Source: Blepharisma stoltei ATCC 30299 (taxonomy: Eukaryota > Protista > Ciliophora). From it: a DNA stretch of 64,000 nucleotides. The notes beneath the pieces are model-generated. The model ran no database searches. It was not told where the DNA came from and worked only from the letters and a program-made list of their open reading frames with translations. The stretch is taken from the NCBI GenBank assembly GCA_965603825.1, contig CBFDEM010000035.1, forward strand, positions 62,001 through 126,000, written 5' to 3'. A program made the position numbers and the translations under genes. This document shows, piece after piece, positions 1 to 11,298 of the stretch (the first letter of the stretch is position 1; every line of letters begins with the position of its first letter).

Positions 1-245
1 TCTGAAGCTGAGGACTGCCTCTGATGCCTCATTTCTTGCACTTGGGGTGTTGGAGGAATTAGCGTCGCTAAGTCATCTGTCGAAGATATTGGCATATTAA
101 TGTGACATTGTGCCTTAATTATGTCAGCAAAGTCGCTAATCTCGATTGATTGGCATTTTTCTTTTATTCCTACAGCTGTTTTTCTGCGAATCGAAAACTC
201 AGGGGTATTCCTCTGGAACTTGGAAGCTGAGATGGCCGCTTGCAT
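1..245 (-). CDS. Hypothetical protein, N-terminal part (runs off window edge)
   Basis: ATG at 245 after AT-rich leader; open frame MQAAISASKFQRNTPEF... to position 1; higher GC than flank. Confidence 0.65.
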   Translation of the reverse strand, partial: MQAAISASKFQRNTPEFSIRRKTAVGIKEKCQSIEISDFADIIKAQCHINMPISSTDDLATLIPPTPQVQEMRHQRQSSAS

Positions 246-363
246 ATTTATGAATTAAATAATAATATCATGCATTATGATGCCGTAATTAATGAAAATA
301 ATTGAAATATACTGGAATAGAGAAAATTCAACTTTTAACATGAGATAATAATTTCTCAATAAA

Positions 364-1575
364 ATGGCAGGTATGATTAAGAAAATACAAAAACTCAAAG
401 AAAGCCAAGATCCATCTGCCTTTGAAGATATTGATAAAGATTCAAGTCTAGAGTATGAAAGTGAGGATAACAAATCTAATGCTGAAGAAGAAAACGAAGA
501 AGAAGAGTTAGTCGAAGAAATGAACCAAGCCTCATTAAAATCATTTCAAAATCAAAAAATTGAGTTGTCAAAATCCAGTATAAACCCTTTAGAATCTGGA
601 GAAATTCCTGACTATATAGCAGCAAATGTTGAAGCTCGCTCATCTCTTGCCAATCTGCAATTTAAGCTTGACCCTCTCAGAGCAAAAGATGACTCAATCC
701 ATAGCACAAGTTACAATGAATTAGGCTTTGAAAAGGAATTTGATTATTGAAAAGAAACTTTATTGCAAGGGTTTAATTTACTTTTATATGGACCTGGATC
801 AAAACTTGAAGTGTTAGAAACATTTTATGAGTATTTAGAAAATGATGACCCTCCAAGGATGATTATTAAAGCTTATCACCCATTAATGACAATTAGAAAA
901 GTTTTAGAAGGAATTTGGGAGAATTTAGGAAAAGACCCTCCTATGAGTGGAAAACCAGAAACTCTTGTAACTAAAACCTTGAACTTATTGACAGAAATTT
1001 CTAAGGTTAGCCCATTTCATTTTTTTATAATAATACACAATATTGAAGGGCAAAATTTTACTTTAACAGAAACACAGGACATTTTAAGCAGAATTGCTAA
1101 TCATCCTGCAGTCCATTTAGTGGCGTCTCTCGACAATCCATATTTATTATTCAGATGGTCAATTGATACAAATATTCGATATAATTTCATTTATATCCCT
1201 GCCACTACTTTTTATCCATATACAGAAGAGCTTTCAGTTGTGGAAAATTTGCCAATTTTTCACAAATCAACTACTTTTGCTCAAATTAGAGGAACAAAAT
1301 ACGTTCTTCAAAGTATGACGCGAATCCAAAGAGATATTCTGCTGCAGCTGGCTAATATTCATGTAACGCAGCCTAAAGGGATACTTTTTAGTGAATTCTA
1401 TAAGATCTGTGAAGACGAGATATTGGTGACTAACCAAAAGCAACTGAAGGATTTTTTAATAGAAGCAAGAGACCATCAAATGATTGTTTATAAAAACAGT
1501 CAGAGTGGAGAAAGTATGATAGTGATGAAGACTGATCCAAATATTTTAATTGAGTTAATTAATGAAGATAGCTAG
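364..1575 (+). CDS. ORC2: Origin recognition complex subunit 2
   Basis: ORFs 364-750 and 763-1575 join via TGA748=Trp giving FDY-W-KETLLQGFNLLLYGPGSK (ORC2 motif); also IIIHNIEG and LVASLDN. Confidence 0.9.
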
Positions 1576-1772
1576 GCAATACAGTCTTATGGTATTTTTC
1601 TGGGATTTTTATTTTCTTAGTCTTGATATAAAGAGATTTTAAATCCTTCAGCCCAATAAATAAGCAGATGAACCCAAACCAGGTTTATAGCCATTTTTTA
1701 ACCAACTTCTTGAGTATCAAGTATTGAAAACTTGCAGCATAATTTTCTATTATTAGTGCAATTTTCTTATAA

Positions 1773-2825
1773 ATGGCAAAGAGCCTCTTAGCCTTGATTT
1801 TTCTCTTAGCTTTTGCTTATTCTATTGAGCCAGCTGGTAAAGCAAAGCTTGAAAAGCTCCGTGCCCTGTCTTCAGCATCCCAAGGCATGATTCGTTTAAA
1901 TACAACAGGCTATTACCATTATATCGTAGACTCTCCACGTCCTTATATCGTAGTTGTCTACTTCACAGCAGATGTCACCAAATTCAAGTGCTTACAATGT
2001 GAACAAATCCATGGACTGCTCGACCAAGTTATTTATTCGTACAAAACAGCTGGAGCCGAGTCCAACTCTGACGACCCTACTCAATTGCCTGTATTTTTCG
2101 CAGAAATTGAATATTTAACAGAAACCCAAGAAATTTTTCAAAAACACGAATTTATGTCAGCCCCAAATCTCTTCGTCAGCAAGCCAAAAAATATTCTCAA
2201 CAATGGGAAAACCTTCACAGTCAAGAGAGAAGATATGTGGGAATTTAATATGGGAAGTGACGCCCACGCTTACAAATTATTAGAATTTATTAACAACAGG
2301 TCAGGCAGAAATATCCAAATGCAGACCCCAGTGCTGCAGTCTTTGATGATGTTTATTTATATGGTCGCTATATTTTTGTTTATTGCTACATTGGTCTATA
2401 AGCTGAAAGACTTGCTATTAGTGCCTTATATGTGGCTTTTCGGCAGCATTTTGGTGTATTTCGTGTGCATTTCAGGTGTTGTGTATGATATTATTCACGG
2501 AGTCCCAATGGTGGGGTCAGGCCAAAAAGGAGTTCCAGAGCTTATTCATTCAGGCCAGAGAAGCCAATATGGCGCTGAAGGATTTTTAATGGGATTTTTA
2601 ATCACGATAGGAGGGCTAGGAGTTGTGGCACTTGGAGCATTAAGTAAGCTTCCTCCTTATAGAATTAGACTGTTTGGGTTCGCAATTTTACTGGCTGTTA
2701 TATATTCTGCCTATACAATAGTCTCAGTTTACAGAATTAAAGCTAGATGGTATGGGCCAGGATTTTACCCACCAGATTATTATACAAGAGGACCATTAAT
2801 GAGAGACCAAGGGTACAGCTTTTAG
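1773..2825 (+). CDS. Oligosaccharyltransferase OST3/OST6 (MAGT1/TUSC3-like) subunit
   Basis: Signal peptide, thioredoxin-like lumenal domain with CLQC, 4 C-terminal TM helices, QYGAEG motif. Confidence 0.9.
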   Translation: MAKSLLALIFLLAFAYSIEPAGKAKLEKLRALSSASQGMIRLNTTGYYHYIVDSPRPYIVVVYFTADVTKFKCLQCEQIHGLLDQVIYSYKTAGAESNSDDPTQLPVFFAEIEYLTETQEIFQKHEFMSAPNLFVSKPKNILNNGKTFTVKREDMWEFNMGSDAHAYKLLEFINNRSGRNIQMQTPVLQSLMMFIYMVAIFLFIATLVYKLKDLLLVPYMWLFGSILVYFVCISGVVYDIIHGVPMVGSGQKGVPELIHSGQRSQYGAEGFLMGFLITIGGLGVVALGALSKLPPYRIRLFGFAILLAVIYSAYTIVSVYRIKARWYGPGFYPPDYYTRGPLMRDQGYSF

Positions 2826-2855
2826 TTAATCTAATCTCATCAAATAAAATAAACA

Positions 2856-3629
2856 TTAATTATAGGGTGTTTCGATGAAAATTGAAGCTGCTGAAGGGTT
2901 GAGGTTAAAAGTCCATAATTTGTCTTCTTTGTGGTAGTCTGGACTTGGAGGGCTATTTTTAACTGGGGATGGCAAATCTGTCAGTTTATTTTTGAAAATT
3001 GCTTTTTGTTTTTGTATGTACTTAGTAAATTCTATAAATAATTCATCGTCTTTGTTTGATAATCTTCTCTTTTGTAACAGAGGTGTCTCAAGCTTTTGTT
3101 TTTTAGGGCTTTTAAAGCTCCGAACCATCTGGACTTCTTCGAAATCAGAGCTTTTATTTTTTCTTTTCATATGGTAGCTTGTTTTTACTCTTTCGTAAGG
3201 AATTTTATTTTCTGTTTCATATAATGATATTTTTTGGAAATTATTGTAATATTTGTATCGAGCTTTTTCTTTTTTTCTTGGGCTTTCGATGAATTCTTTA
3301 ACAATATCGCACCTTGGGAGTTTTAATATAGCCTGGTTATCATTATTTTTTATTGTTTCTTTTGAATCAGTTTCTCAGCTTGGGCACGGGATCTTCAATA
3401 AATGCGAAATTTTAGGTTTTTTATAAAATTTTGTCGGGTCATAAGGAGATTTTACTCTCTCTTTTGATTTTGTGTGGAGATGTTTAGATTTCCCTGAAAT
3501 TATAGCTGTCTCCATCATTTTTGCTTTAATTTTCTCTTTAGAACGCACAATAAAGGTCAAATTTTGGTTAAAATTATCTTCAAATTGGTCATTTGCGTGA
3601 AGATTCTCACTAGAAGTATATGTATTCAT
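2856..3629 (-). CDS. Hypothetical Lys/Ser-rich protein
   Basis: ORFs 3375-3668 and 2856-3170 are in one frame, joined by TGA3375=Trp with no TAA/TAG between; start taken at MNTYTSSE. Confidence 0.7.
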
Positions 3630-3686
3630 ATTTATAATGGCTATTAAATCATTTTTAATAAATTTCATTTAATAATTGAATTAATT

Positions 3687-4667
3687 TTAGTCCTTTACTC
3701 TAGGTTGATAAAAAAGCAGATTTTTCAGCAGCATATTAATCAACCCTTGGCCCTGTTGTGAGCCTATCTTAGCAGCATCCTGCGCAATCTTCGAAAGCTG
3801 GTTTTTTTCTCCTCCATGCATTGCCCATGGTCCTCTTCCCCCTCTGCCTTGTCTTTCAAACCTTTCTAATTTTTCTGATAAATCCGCAATAGCTGAATTC
3901 GCGTAATCTTTATTTTTAAGCAATGTGGACGAACTTAAGGTCTGTGTCCAGTATTTATTCCACAAAAGATCCAAAATATTTGTATCCATTGATGACTTAA
4001 AAATCGTATGTTCTAAGGTATAATAATGCTTATAATGAACGCCAAAATCTTCGATTTTATTTAGCGGAATATGCTGGTATTCTGACTCTTCAGCTTCAGG
4101 GGGGTGATAATTGTCAGTAAAAGTCCTGAAGCAGCCAATTTCGACCTTTCCGGAAGAAATTGTTCTGATTGGGTCTATTACAATAGCAAGATAAGGATCT
4201 TCAGCTTGCTGGTGGAGTTTTTGGGTATTTACGTCAATTCCTGATAGCCAGCAGCCGTAGCCTGGGTGGCTGTGATACCAGCCACAGGTGCCTTCAGTTT
4301 TGCCTACACTTTCTCCCATAGTAACATGATTAACCATATATTCATTAGCGCTTGCCCCTGCATTTACTCTGGTTTCGGTTCCTTCGACTGGTAGCCCAAA
4401 TGCGTCTAATACAATGAATTCTCTGCCAATAACTTTACCTTGCATTAAGCCCATGACTTCAATATTCCCTCCTGAGACTGCATGCATGACCATCTTGATT
4501 AGGGCTACAGCAGAAATACGGACTTTTGTGAAATAGCGCTCATCAGAAGTCCAAGGGTGCTGGTCGAGTAAACGGTCGTTGGCGTCTTCGTCGAAACGGT
4601 AGACGTTGACTTCTTCAGCTGAAAGCATAACTGAGTTCCAAATCCTGTTGCTTGTCGAACTCTCCAT
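3687..4667 (-). CDS. COPS5: COP9 signalosome subunit 5 (JAMM/MPN+ deneddylase)
   Basis: [60 protein letters not shown]. Confidence 0.97.
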   Translation of the reverse strand: MESSTSNRIWNSVMLSAEEVNVYRFDEDANDRLLDQHPWTSDERYFTKVRISAVALIKMVMHAVSGGNIEVMGLMQGKVIGREFIVLDAFGLPVEGTETRVNAGASANEYMVNHVTMGESVGKTEGTCGWYHSHPGYGCWLSGIDVNTQKLHQQAEDPYLAIVIDPIRTISSGKVEIGCFRTFTDNYHPPEAEESEYQHIPLNKIEDFGVHYKHYYTLEHTIFKSSMDTNILDLLWNKYWTQTLSSSTLLKNKDYANSAIADLSEKLERFERQGRGGRGPWAMHGGEKNQLSKIAQDAAKIGSQQGQGLINMLLKNLLFYQPRVKD

Positions 4668-4670
4668 TTA

Positions 4671-5570
4671 TTAAGAAATTAAATTTAGCTTTTTATCTTT
4701 GCTTTCTGGAGCTTGTTTGGCTTCAATTCTAACTACAGGCTCAGCTATCAAAATATTGAATATTGATAAAGAATTTGAACAAACCCCACAGATTGCTACG
4801 AAAATATGGCTCATCCCTTTCGTCCATGGAAAATTTAGAGCTTTTGCAAGCATGAGGAATCTTAATATTGTAACAATAATATCGATTTTTTTAAATCTCA
4901 GTTCACGTCTGCAATCAATTAAATTTTCAACTAATTTCTGATATTTTTCATCTTTCTCGTGAATCACTTTTGTCGAATTTTCTTGAAGGATATCAGTCGC
5001 TGCCTTAATATGTTTATTAGTTCTTATTGCTGTAATAAAATCAATGGTAAATTGTAGTATGCACCTTGCTATGCAAGAAATGTCTTTAGTGTCTTTTCAT
5101 CTAATATTGGCTGTAGATATGAATTTGCTTATAATTCCAATATCAGCGAGCCAAACTAGGTTGTCTAGAATATAATAAACAGTGCTAGCAAAATGTGCCA
5201 GAATTCTCAAAATTTTTACAAAATCAAGCGTCCGGTTTGTAGTCCAAATTTTTTCAATTACGTTGAGCTCGTCAAAAAACATAAGGACTCTCATCAATTT
5301 TCGCCCATTTTTCATAGATTTTTCGATTTCGTGGAAATTTTTGACTTTTATTGGTCATTCTTGGATTTTGTTTGCCTTTAAGTAGTCAAACATAGTGAGT
5401 TTATAAAGCTCAGAGGAGTATTGGGCTAGGGCTAGTAGTTTTTCTTTCCCTTTTGTGGTTCTCATTACATGGCTTATTGAATTAGAAGTGATAGATACAA
5501 AAAGGCCAGCAGGGGAAACTGCTGTATTAATAAACTTAGGGATATCTTGTAAAGTGCTGCTTCTTTTCAT
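4671..5570 (-). CDS. PEX11: Peroxisomal biogenesis factor PEX11 family protein
   Basis: Three in-frame ORFs joined by TGA5355 and TGA5097; TTKGKEKLLALAQY and NGRKLMR motifs, YYILDNLVWL, C-terminal hydrophobic helix. Confidence 0.75.
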
Positions 5571-5803
5571 GTCTATCAACGGTAATTAATTATTCCAATG
5601 ATAAGTTTATTGATATCGCACAAATATGTCTTTTCTTATTTGTTGCTTATAAATCACAGTAATATTTGTCTAGAAAAGGGTGAAATTAATAGGGGAATTT
5701 TAAAAATAACGGATAAACTTATTGTAAGATTTTTGATAGGAAATTAAATAGAAATCATAAGTAAAATAAATCTAAATTATGGGATTAATTATTCAAATAC
5801 AAA

Positions 5804-6637
5804 TTATGGATAATTTAGGTTTCTGGGGTAATTAGCCTGCAGAGTCTTGGCTTTGCAGATGGGCTTATTTGGATTATATTTGGAAACGCAAGGCAAATCA
5901 GCTAACGTATGCATGATTGGCTGTTTGTTTAGGTCTTCTCCTAAAAGACTATGATTTCTTCTGTAGTCTTTTATATTTTTCGCAATTTTCTTTCATTTTT
6001 CTTGCTTTTTTTTCTTTTTCTCAGCTAAAGACAGTTCAATACTTTTTTGACCGGAAGGCTTAGACAAATTTAAATCGGTTTTTGTAAAATCATTATGGTT
6101 TTGATGTTTCACCGATTTTAATCTATCATAAATAAGTTTGCTAAACTTATTTAAATTTTCTTGTTTAATTCAATTTAAATTGTTTATGCTTCCATCGTCC
6201 TCTTCTGCATCAAAATCATATAAATTTTCCCAAATAACAGTACTGAAATTTGTCCTTTTTTTAAAAATGTGATGATTTGGGCTGTTCATAAAATTTATAT
6301 CTAGAGCTGTATCATTTGAAAAATATCTATTATGATTGCCTTTAAAGCAAGATTTTATATATGATGAGCAGTCTCCAGACTTAAGGTTTTTCAAAGAATC
6401 AAAATTTTTTGGAAATTTCGGTTTTCAATGAACTCTTATGGATGATTTTTTGTGGAATGTTTCTTTCCTTTGCATATGCCGTAATAGTTTTAAATCTTTT
6501 AAAGGGTGCATATTATTCAAATTTTGTGCCTTTTCCACCATCTGCAAATGCTTTTTATCATTTATTTTCGCTTTTTCTCTATCAAGCTTCCCTTTTTCCT
6601 CACTTTCCCACTGCTTAAAAACTGGATTTTCTGACAT
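5804..6637 (-). CDS. Hypothetical basic protein (~277 aa)
   Basis: ORFs 6425-6709 and 6170-6394 in frame; readthrough of three TGA to TAA at 5804. Confidence 0.65.
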
Positions 6638-6668
6638 AAATTTTTTTCTTAAATTAATCTTTATTAAC

Positions 6669-7574
6669 TTAATTATTTTGCTGGGCGTCTTTCTCGTCAT
6701 GACTTTCAATAGTCAGTCTTAAAGCTGCAGTTGATGGCCTATTCAATTGTGCTCTTGGTGTAAACAGAACTTTAGAAGAAGCAGTGTTTTCCGTCTTATA
6801 AAGCCCAGAGCCTGTTGTATGTTTCCCATAAAATCTATTTTTTTGCAGCTTGTGGGCGTTTTTCTGTTCAGCTTTCAGGTTTTGGTATCTTTTTAGTAAA
6901 CTTTCCATTTCAGCTGCACGCAGTTTTTTAAGCTCATCAAAGCCTTTGCCAGCTTTTAATTTAAATGCTTCTAGCTCGTGTTCGTGCCTTTTGCTAAGAG
7001 TTGACAAGGCTAAAGAAATTTGGGTGTCTCTGTCCTTTCCCCAGTCTTTTTTTTCGTTTTCTTCAAGGTCAATCATTTGTTGTTGGATTGCATGGGCTTC
7101 GACGTATTCTTTGTTTCTTACAAGGGTATCTTGGATTCTTTTAAGGTTTAAATATTCTGAGGAGTGCTTAGGAATTATTGGAATTGACTCTTCAAGGCTT
7201 TTCTTCGTGGTTTCGAACTCATTTTCTTGTTTTCCCTTCATCTGCTGCTCCATTTCTTTGCAGTTTTCTTTATAAGTATTCATACGGTTATCCCAGTCAT
7301 CATTGAATGCTTTGAATTCTTCTTCAAAAGTGGTTTCTAAATCAGCGGCTTCTTTGGCTTGTCTTTCTGAAAGCTCGTCTTCACGCCTCTGTTTTTGTTC
7401 AGCTTTGAAATGGAGGATTCTTTGATGGACTTTTTCAGCTTCCAGAAACTCTCCTGATTTCTCATAGGTGCTTCTTTGGGCTTCTAATTGTTTTCTATAT
7501 AAGTTTTACATTATTTCGTCAGTTTCGTCTGAAGATCCTAATCCAAGTGGTGGAACTAAGCTATCGCTCTCCAT
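6669..7574 (-). CDS. Coiled-coil protein, one 15-nt intron
   Basis: ATG 7574; removing intron 7495-7509 restores frame into ORF 6669-7283; E/K/Q-rich heptads. Confidence 0.8.
7495..7509 (-). other. 15-nt spliceosomal intron GTAAAACTTATATAG
   Basis: GT..AG, A at position 10, contains the only in-frame TAA interrupting the CDS. Confidence 0.85.
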
Positions 7575-7778
7575 TAATTTTATTACTTTAAGCCATTATT
7601 TAATTTAAATATTAAACACTGATAAAGATTTTTGGTGTCTTTGAAGAGAAAATTGATAAAGAATGATATTTATATTGAAAAATAGAGCTGAAATATAAAA
7701 AAGAATATAAATTTAGATGGGTTTACTGACAAGAATATTTAGATACGATTAAATTATAAACAAAATACGATAATTAAA

Positions 7779-8195
7779 TTATTCAAATTTAATCTTGCCT
7801 TGCAAGTTAATATACTGATCTACAGCATACTTTAACGTGTAGCACGGCTTTAATTGAGATTTCAATAATTTTTGTCGTGTTAAGGGGCAGTAGTCATGAC
7901 CATCAAGCCACTGCTCAATGTATTCTTTTTGGAAGCAGTGCCCATATGGAGTTATCACTGGGTTTGTCATTAATTCATGAGAAATAGGACATAGCAAAGC
8001 TTCCATCCCTTCAGCCTCATTCTCAGTTTCAGGGTTATGTCCTCTTTTAGTTGAAACTTTAGCTTCTTTTCCTTTCAGCTTTCTTTTCAATCATTTTGCA
8101 AACTGACTCAGCCTTGCTTTTATATTCTCTTCATTTGCAGCAACAGCAGCTAAAAGCACCCCGGTTATAGCAATTTTTATGAAAAACACAGCCAT
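7779..8195 (-). CDS. Small U-box protein with N-terminal hydrophobic anchor
   Basis: LLCPISHELMTNPVITPYGHCFQKEYIEQWL..CPLTRQKL U-box; TGA8091=Trp extends to MAVFFIKIAITGVLLAAVAA. Confidence 0.85.
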
Positions 8196-8392
8196 TTTAA
8201 TATAAATTCGGGATTAAACAAGCAAATTTTTGAATAAAAAATGTTAAAATAGCTTATTTGAAATTTTTTATATAAAATGCTTGATTTATATAAAAGCAGA
8301 AAATTTCAAATGATAAAGCAAAATATTTAATCAAGTAAATTGTCTAGCCAAAGAGAAAATTAATATTAATAAAATATTATAATAAATTTACA

Positions 8393-9421
8393 ATGCAAAA
8401 GGTCAGAGATGTCATTGAAAAGTGGAAAAATATTGATGATGCAGTTGAAGAATTCAAGAAAGGCTGGGCAAAAAGCCTGCCAAGAGTTTTGGATGGCTTC
8501 AAGGAAATATTGGACCAAGCCGAAGCCAAATGAAATTCCCCGATTGTGGATGAAAAAGTTTTCTTTACTTATGCTGAAAGAAATGGACACATTTTAAAAG
8601 AAATCATAAGAAATATTGACGAAGGCTCATTATCCTTAGAAATTTCACCACTACAAGAATCCTTCGAAAAAATCCTGAATTGTGAATGAAATGCTGATTT
8701 TAGCCTCAATAAAAAGCAGTTCTCCGATCTAAAATCATTTGTGATAAAGCAGCTTTCAGAAGGATTAAAACAACTAATTAAAATTCTCGGTACAAGTTCT
8801 TCGCATCCCCAAATTTTGGCCATGACTTCAAGGCTGCTAACCACCTCAGGATTTTCTGAACAAAATAATAAGCTATTAAAAGAGCTATTAAAAGCTACAG
8901 GAAACATTGCAACTGATTTAAGTTTTTCATACATAGACACTCACGAATTATGCGAAAAAATTATTGAAGATCTTAACAGACTTACTTCTTCAGATGACGT
9001 TGTCCTTGGTAACGCAAAATCTTTAAGGTTAAAAAAGCCAGGAAATGCAGCCCAACATAGAAGGAAAAAAATTATGATGAGAAAATCAATCTCATTTAAG
9101 CTTTCTCAAGTAAATGAGGCTCAGCAAGCATCTACCACAAATATCGCTTCAATTATTTCTACCTTAAACCTATTTTCACAGTATTTCTTGTCAAACCCTA
9201 TCCAAGCTTTGCCTCTGGAAAACCTATTCTTGGTGCAAGTCCCAAAAATCCCATACGAGCTTGTCCCTTCATACATAAAATCATTAACTCTTTTCTCTCT
9301 ACACACAAATAAAGGCAAAAAACGAGTTGTGGCGCTTCTTTCTTCTCTGCTCAAAAATACAGAATTGCGTGCGACCTGCAGATTTTACCTTTATATCATT
9401 AATAACCAATTAGGACACTAA
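8393..9421 (+). CDS. Hypothetical alpha-helical protein
   Basis: ATG 8393 in frame with ORF 8741-9421 through TGA8687. Confidence 0.7.
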
Positions 9422-9452
9422 TTATTTCCTTATAATAATCAGAATTGAATAG

Positions 9453-10652
9453 ATGGATAATGAGACCCTCCTAATCGCTCACAATTTCTTATCGTCAGCA
9501 TTAAATAAAAAAACTTATGCTTTGCAGTCACAGAATTTGCCTTCTTTTATAGCTTTATTTTCACAACTTTTGCAGCATCACAATTTAAATTTGAAGGTAA
9601 AAATTGAAATTTTTGGAAAAAATTGCTTATTTTGTGGGAAATATATAGCGAAATCTGACTTATCCCAAGCTGTTGCGTTGAATTGTAATGATTTAGAGCA
9701 TTATTTTTGTGGGCATGAATGTATAAGAAGACATGCCTTATTATGCACAAATAATACTTTACTAGATATTGAGTATGTAAGATGTCCAGAGTGCAGAAAC
9801 AGCATACCATATGAAATTTTAAATGAAGCATTTAATGGCAGAATAAAAGATATCCAAAACGACGCCTGCGATCGAGCCCTTAACAGTCTCCTTGACGACG
9901 AAGCCAAAGCTTTATTAAGCCCAAAATTCACCTGCCAAGTCTGCTACACCGAAGTAAAAATCGAAGACGGGATCACCTTGGACTGTGATCACCGTTTTTG
10001 TACAAATTGTATCAAAATGCATATAGAAATGCTTATAGAATCCGCACAGGTTAGTGATGAAAAATTAAAATGCCCAGCTTGCACTCAGCCTTTAAATGTG
10101 TATGAAATTGAAGACGCAGTGGGTCCTGAAATTTACCAAAAATATGAAAAATTCTTATTAAGAGGTTTACAGTTGTCAGAAATTGATAATGATAGTATAA
10201 TTTTCCATTGTCCAGGAGCTGATTGTGAGTATATTTGTATAGTGGAAAAAGGTGAAAAAGAATATGAATGCCCTCAGTGTAAATTTAAATGCTGCCCTAT
10301 GTGTAAAGATGATGTTCATAAAGATTTGACGTGTGAAGAATTTAAAGAATGAAAAATAGAAAATTCAGATGCTGATAGGCTTTTTAATGAGCTAATAGAG
10401 CAGGAAGGGCTATTAAGATGCCCACAGTGTGGAGCTGCTGTTCAGAGAATTTCTGGGTGTAAATTTATGGTATGTACGTCTCCTCAATGCCAAGGAAGGA
10501 CTTATTTTTGTTATGACTGTGGAATTAAGCTAAAAGGAGACCATGCTGCTCATACTTGTCGTAAAAGGCTGAAAAAAAGAAAAAAAGCAGTAAAAAAAGC
10601 ACCTGTAAGGACTGAGCCTCCTGCATTGAGAAGAGGAAGAAGGAAAAAATAA
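9453..10652 (+). CDS. RBR (RING-IBR-RING) E3 ubiquitin ligase with an extra N-terminal RING-like finger
   Basis: CQVC..CDHRFCTNC..KCPAC RING1; CPGADC..CPQC..CCPMC..H..TCEEFKE-W(TGA10350); RING2 CPQC..RISGCKFMVC..FCYDC. Confidence 0.92.
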
Positions 10653-10658
10653 TTTTAA

Positions 10659-11264
10659 TTATTGAATTATATAATTATTGGATAATAAACTTATGCAACA
10701 CCTGATAATTTCTTGTGTATCAGAAATTGCACCAATCCCTGTTTCTTGGCATGCCAGAGTTTTTGCTATTGGCCCTACTATATGAGCATTATAAACTTCT
10801 CTAACTTTATTAAGATGCTCATTTGTAAACGGATTTTCCCACATCATAGTATTCATAGCAGGTGCCAAAACCATTGGCTTGCTTAAATCCCAAGCTCTAA
10901 CCACACAGGTCTAAATTATTTTTACCAATAAATTGTCACATAGCCCATTTGCCATCTTCGCAAGAGTATTTGCATCTAGAGGAGCAATTAGTAAGATATC
11001 AGCCCATTTCCGTAAATTTATATGCAAAACTTGATGATTGTTTTTTCATTGGCTTCAATGGGATTGTTCGTCATAAACTTCACATATTGGGGACTCTTCA
11101 GATATGAAATTTTTAGCACTTTCAGTAACTGCAATTTTTACATTGTAGCCTGCTTCAATAAAACCACGGGCAATTGGGATGGTCCTTACAGCTGCTACTG
11201 AGCCTGTAGCACCAATTAATATGTTTTTCTTTGTTTCAGAGCTGTTTTTTAGATCTTCTTCCAT
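10659..11264 (-). CDS. PPCDC: Phosphopantothenoylcysteine decarboxylase (HFCD flavoprotein), one 15-nt intron
   Basis: [11 protein letters not shown], two TGA Trp before [31 protein letters not shown]|TCVVRAWD across the intron, [11 protein letters not shown]. Confidence 0.93.
10911..10925 (-). other. 15-nt intron GTAAAAATAATTTAG
   Basis: Removal recreates the conserved [12 protein letters not shown] motif exactly; A at position 10. Confidence 0.95.
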
Positions 11265-11298
11265 TATTTTTATAATCTTTTCTTCATTACAATTCAAA

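Noticed and set aside
1558-1740. Possible tiny minus-strand gene between ORC2 and OST3 (..WFGFICLFIGLKDLK..)
   Set aside because: No ATG in the open frame and no 15/16-nt GT-AG intron that would connect one; left uncalled
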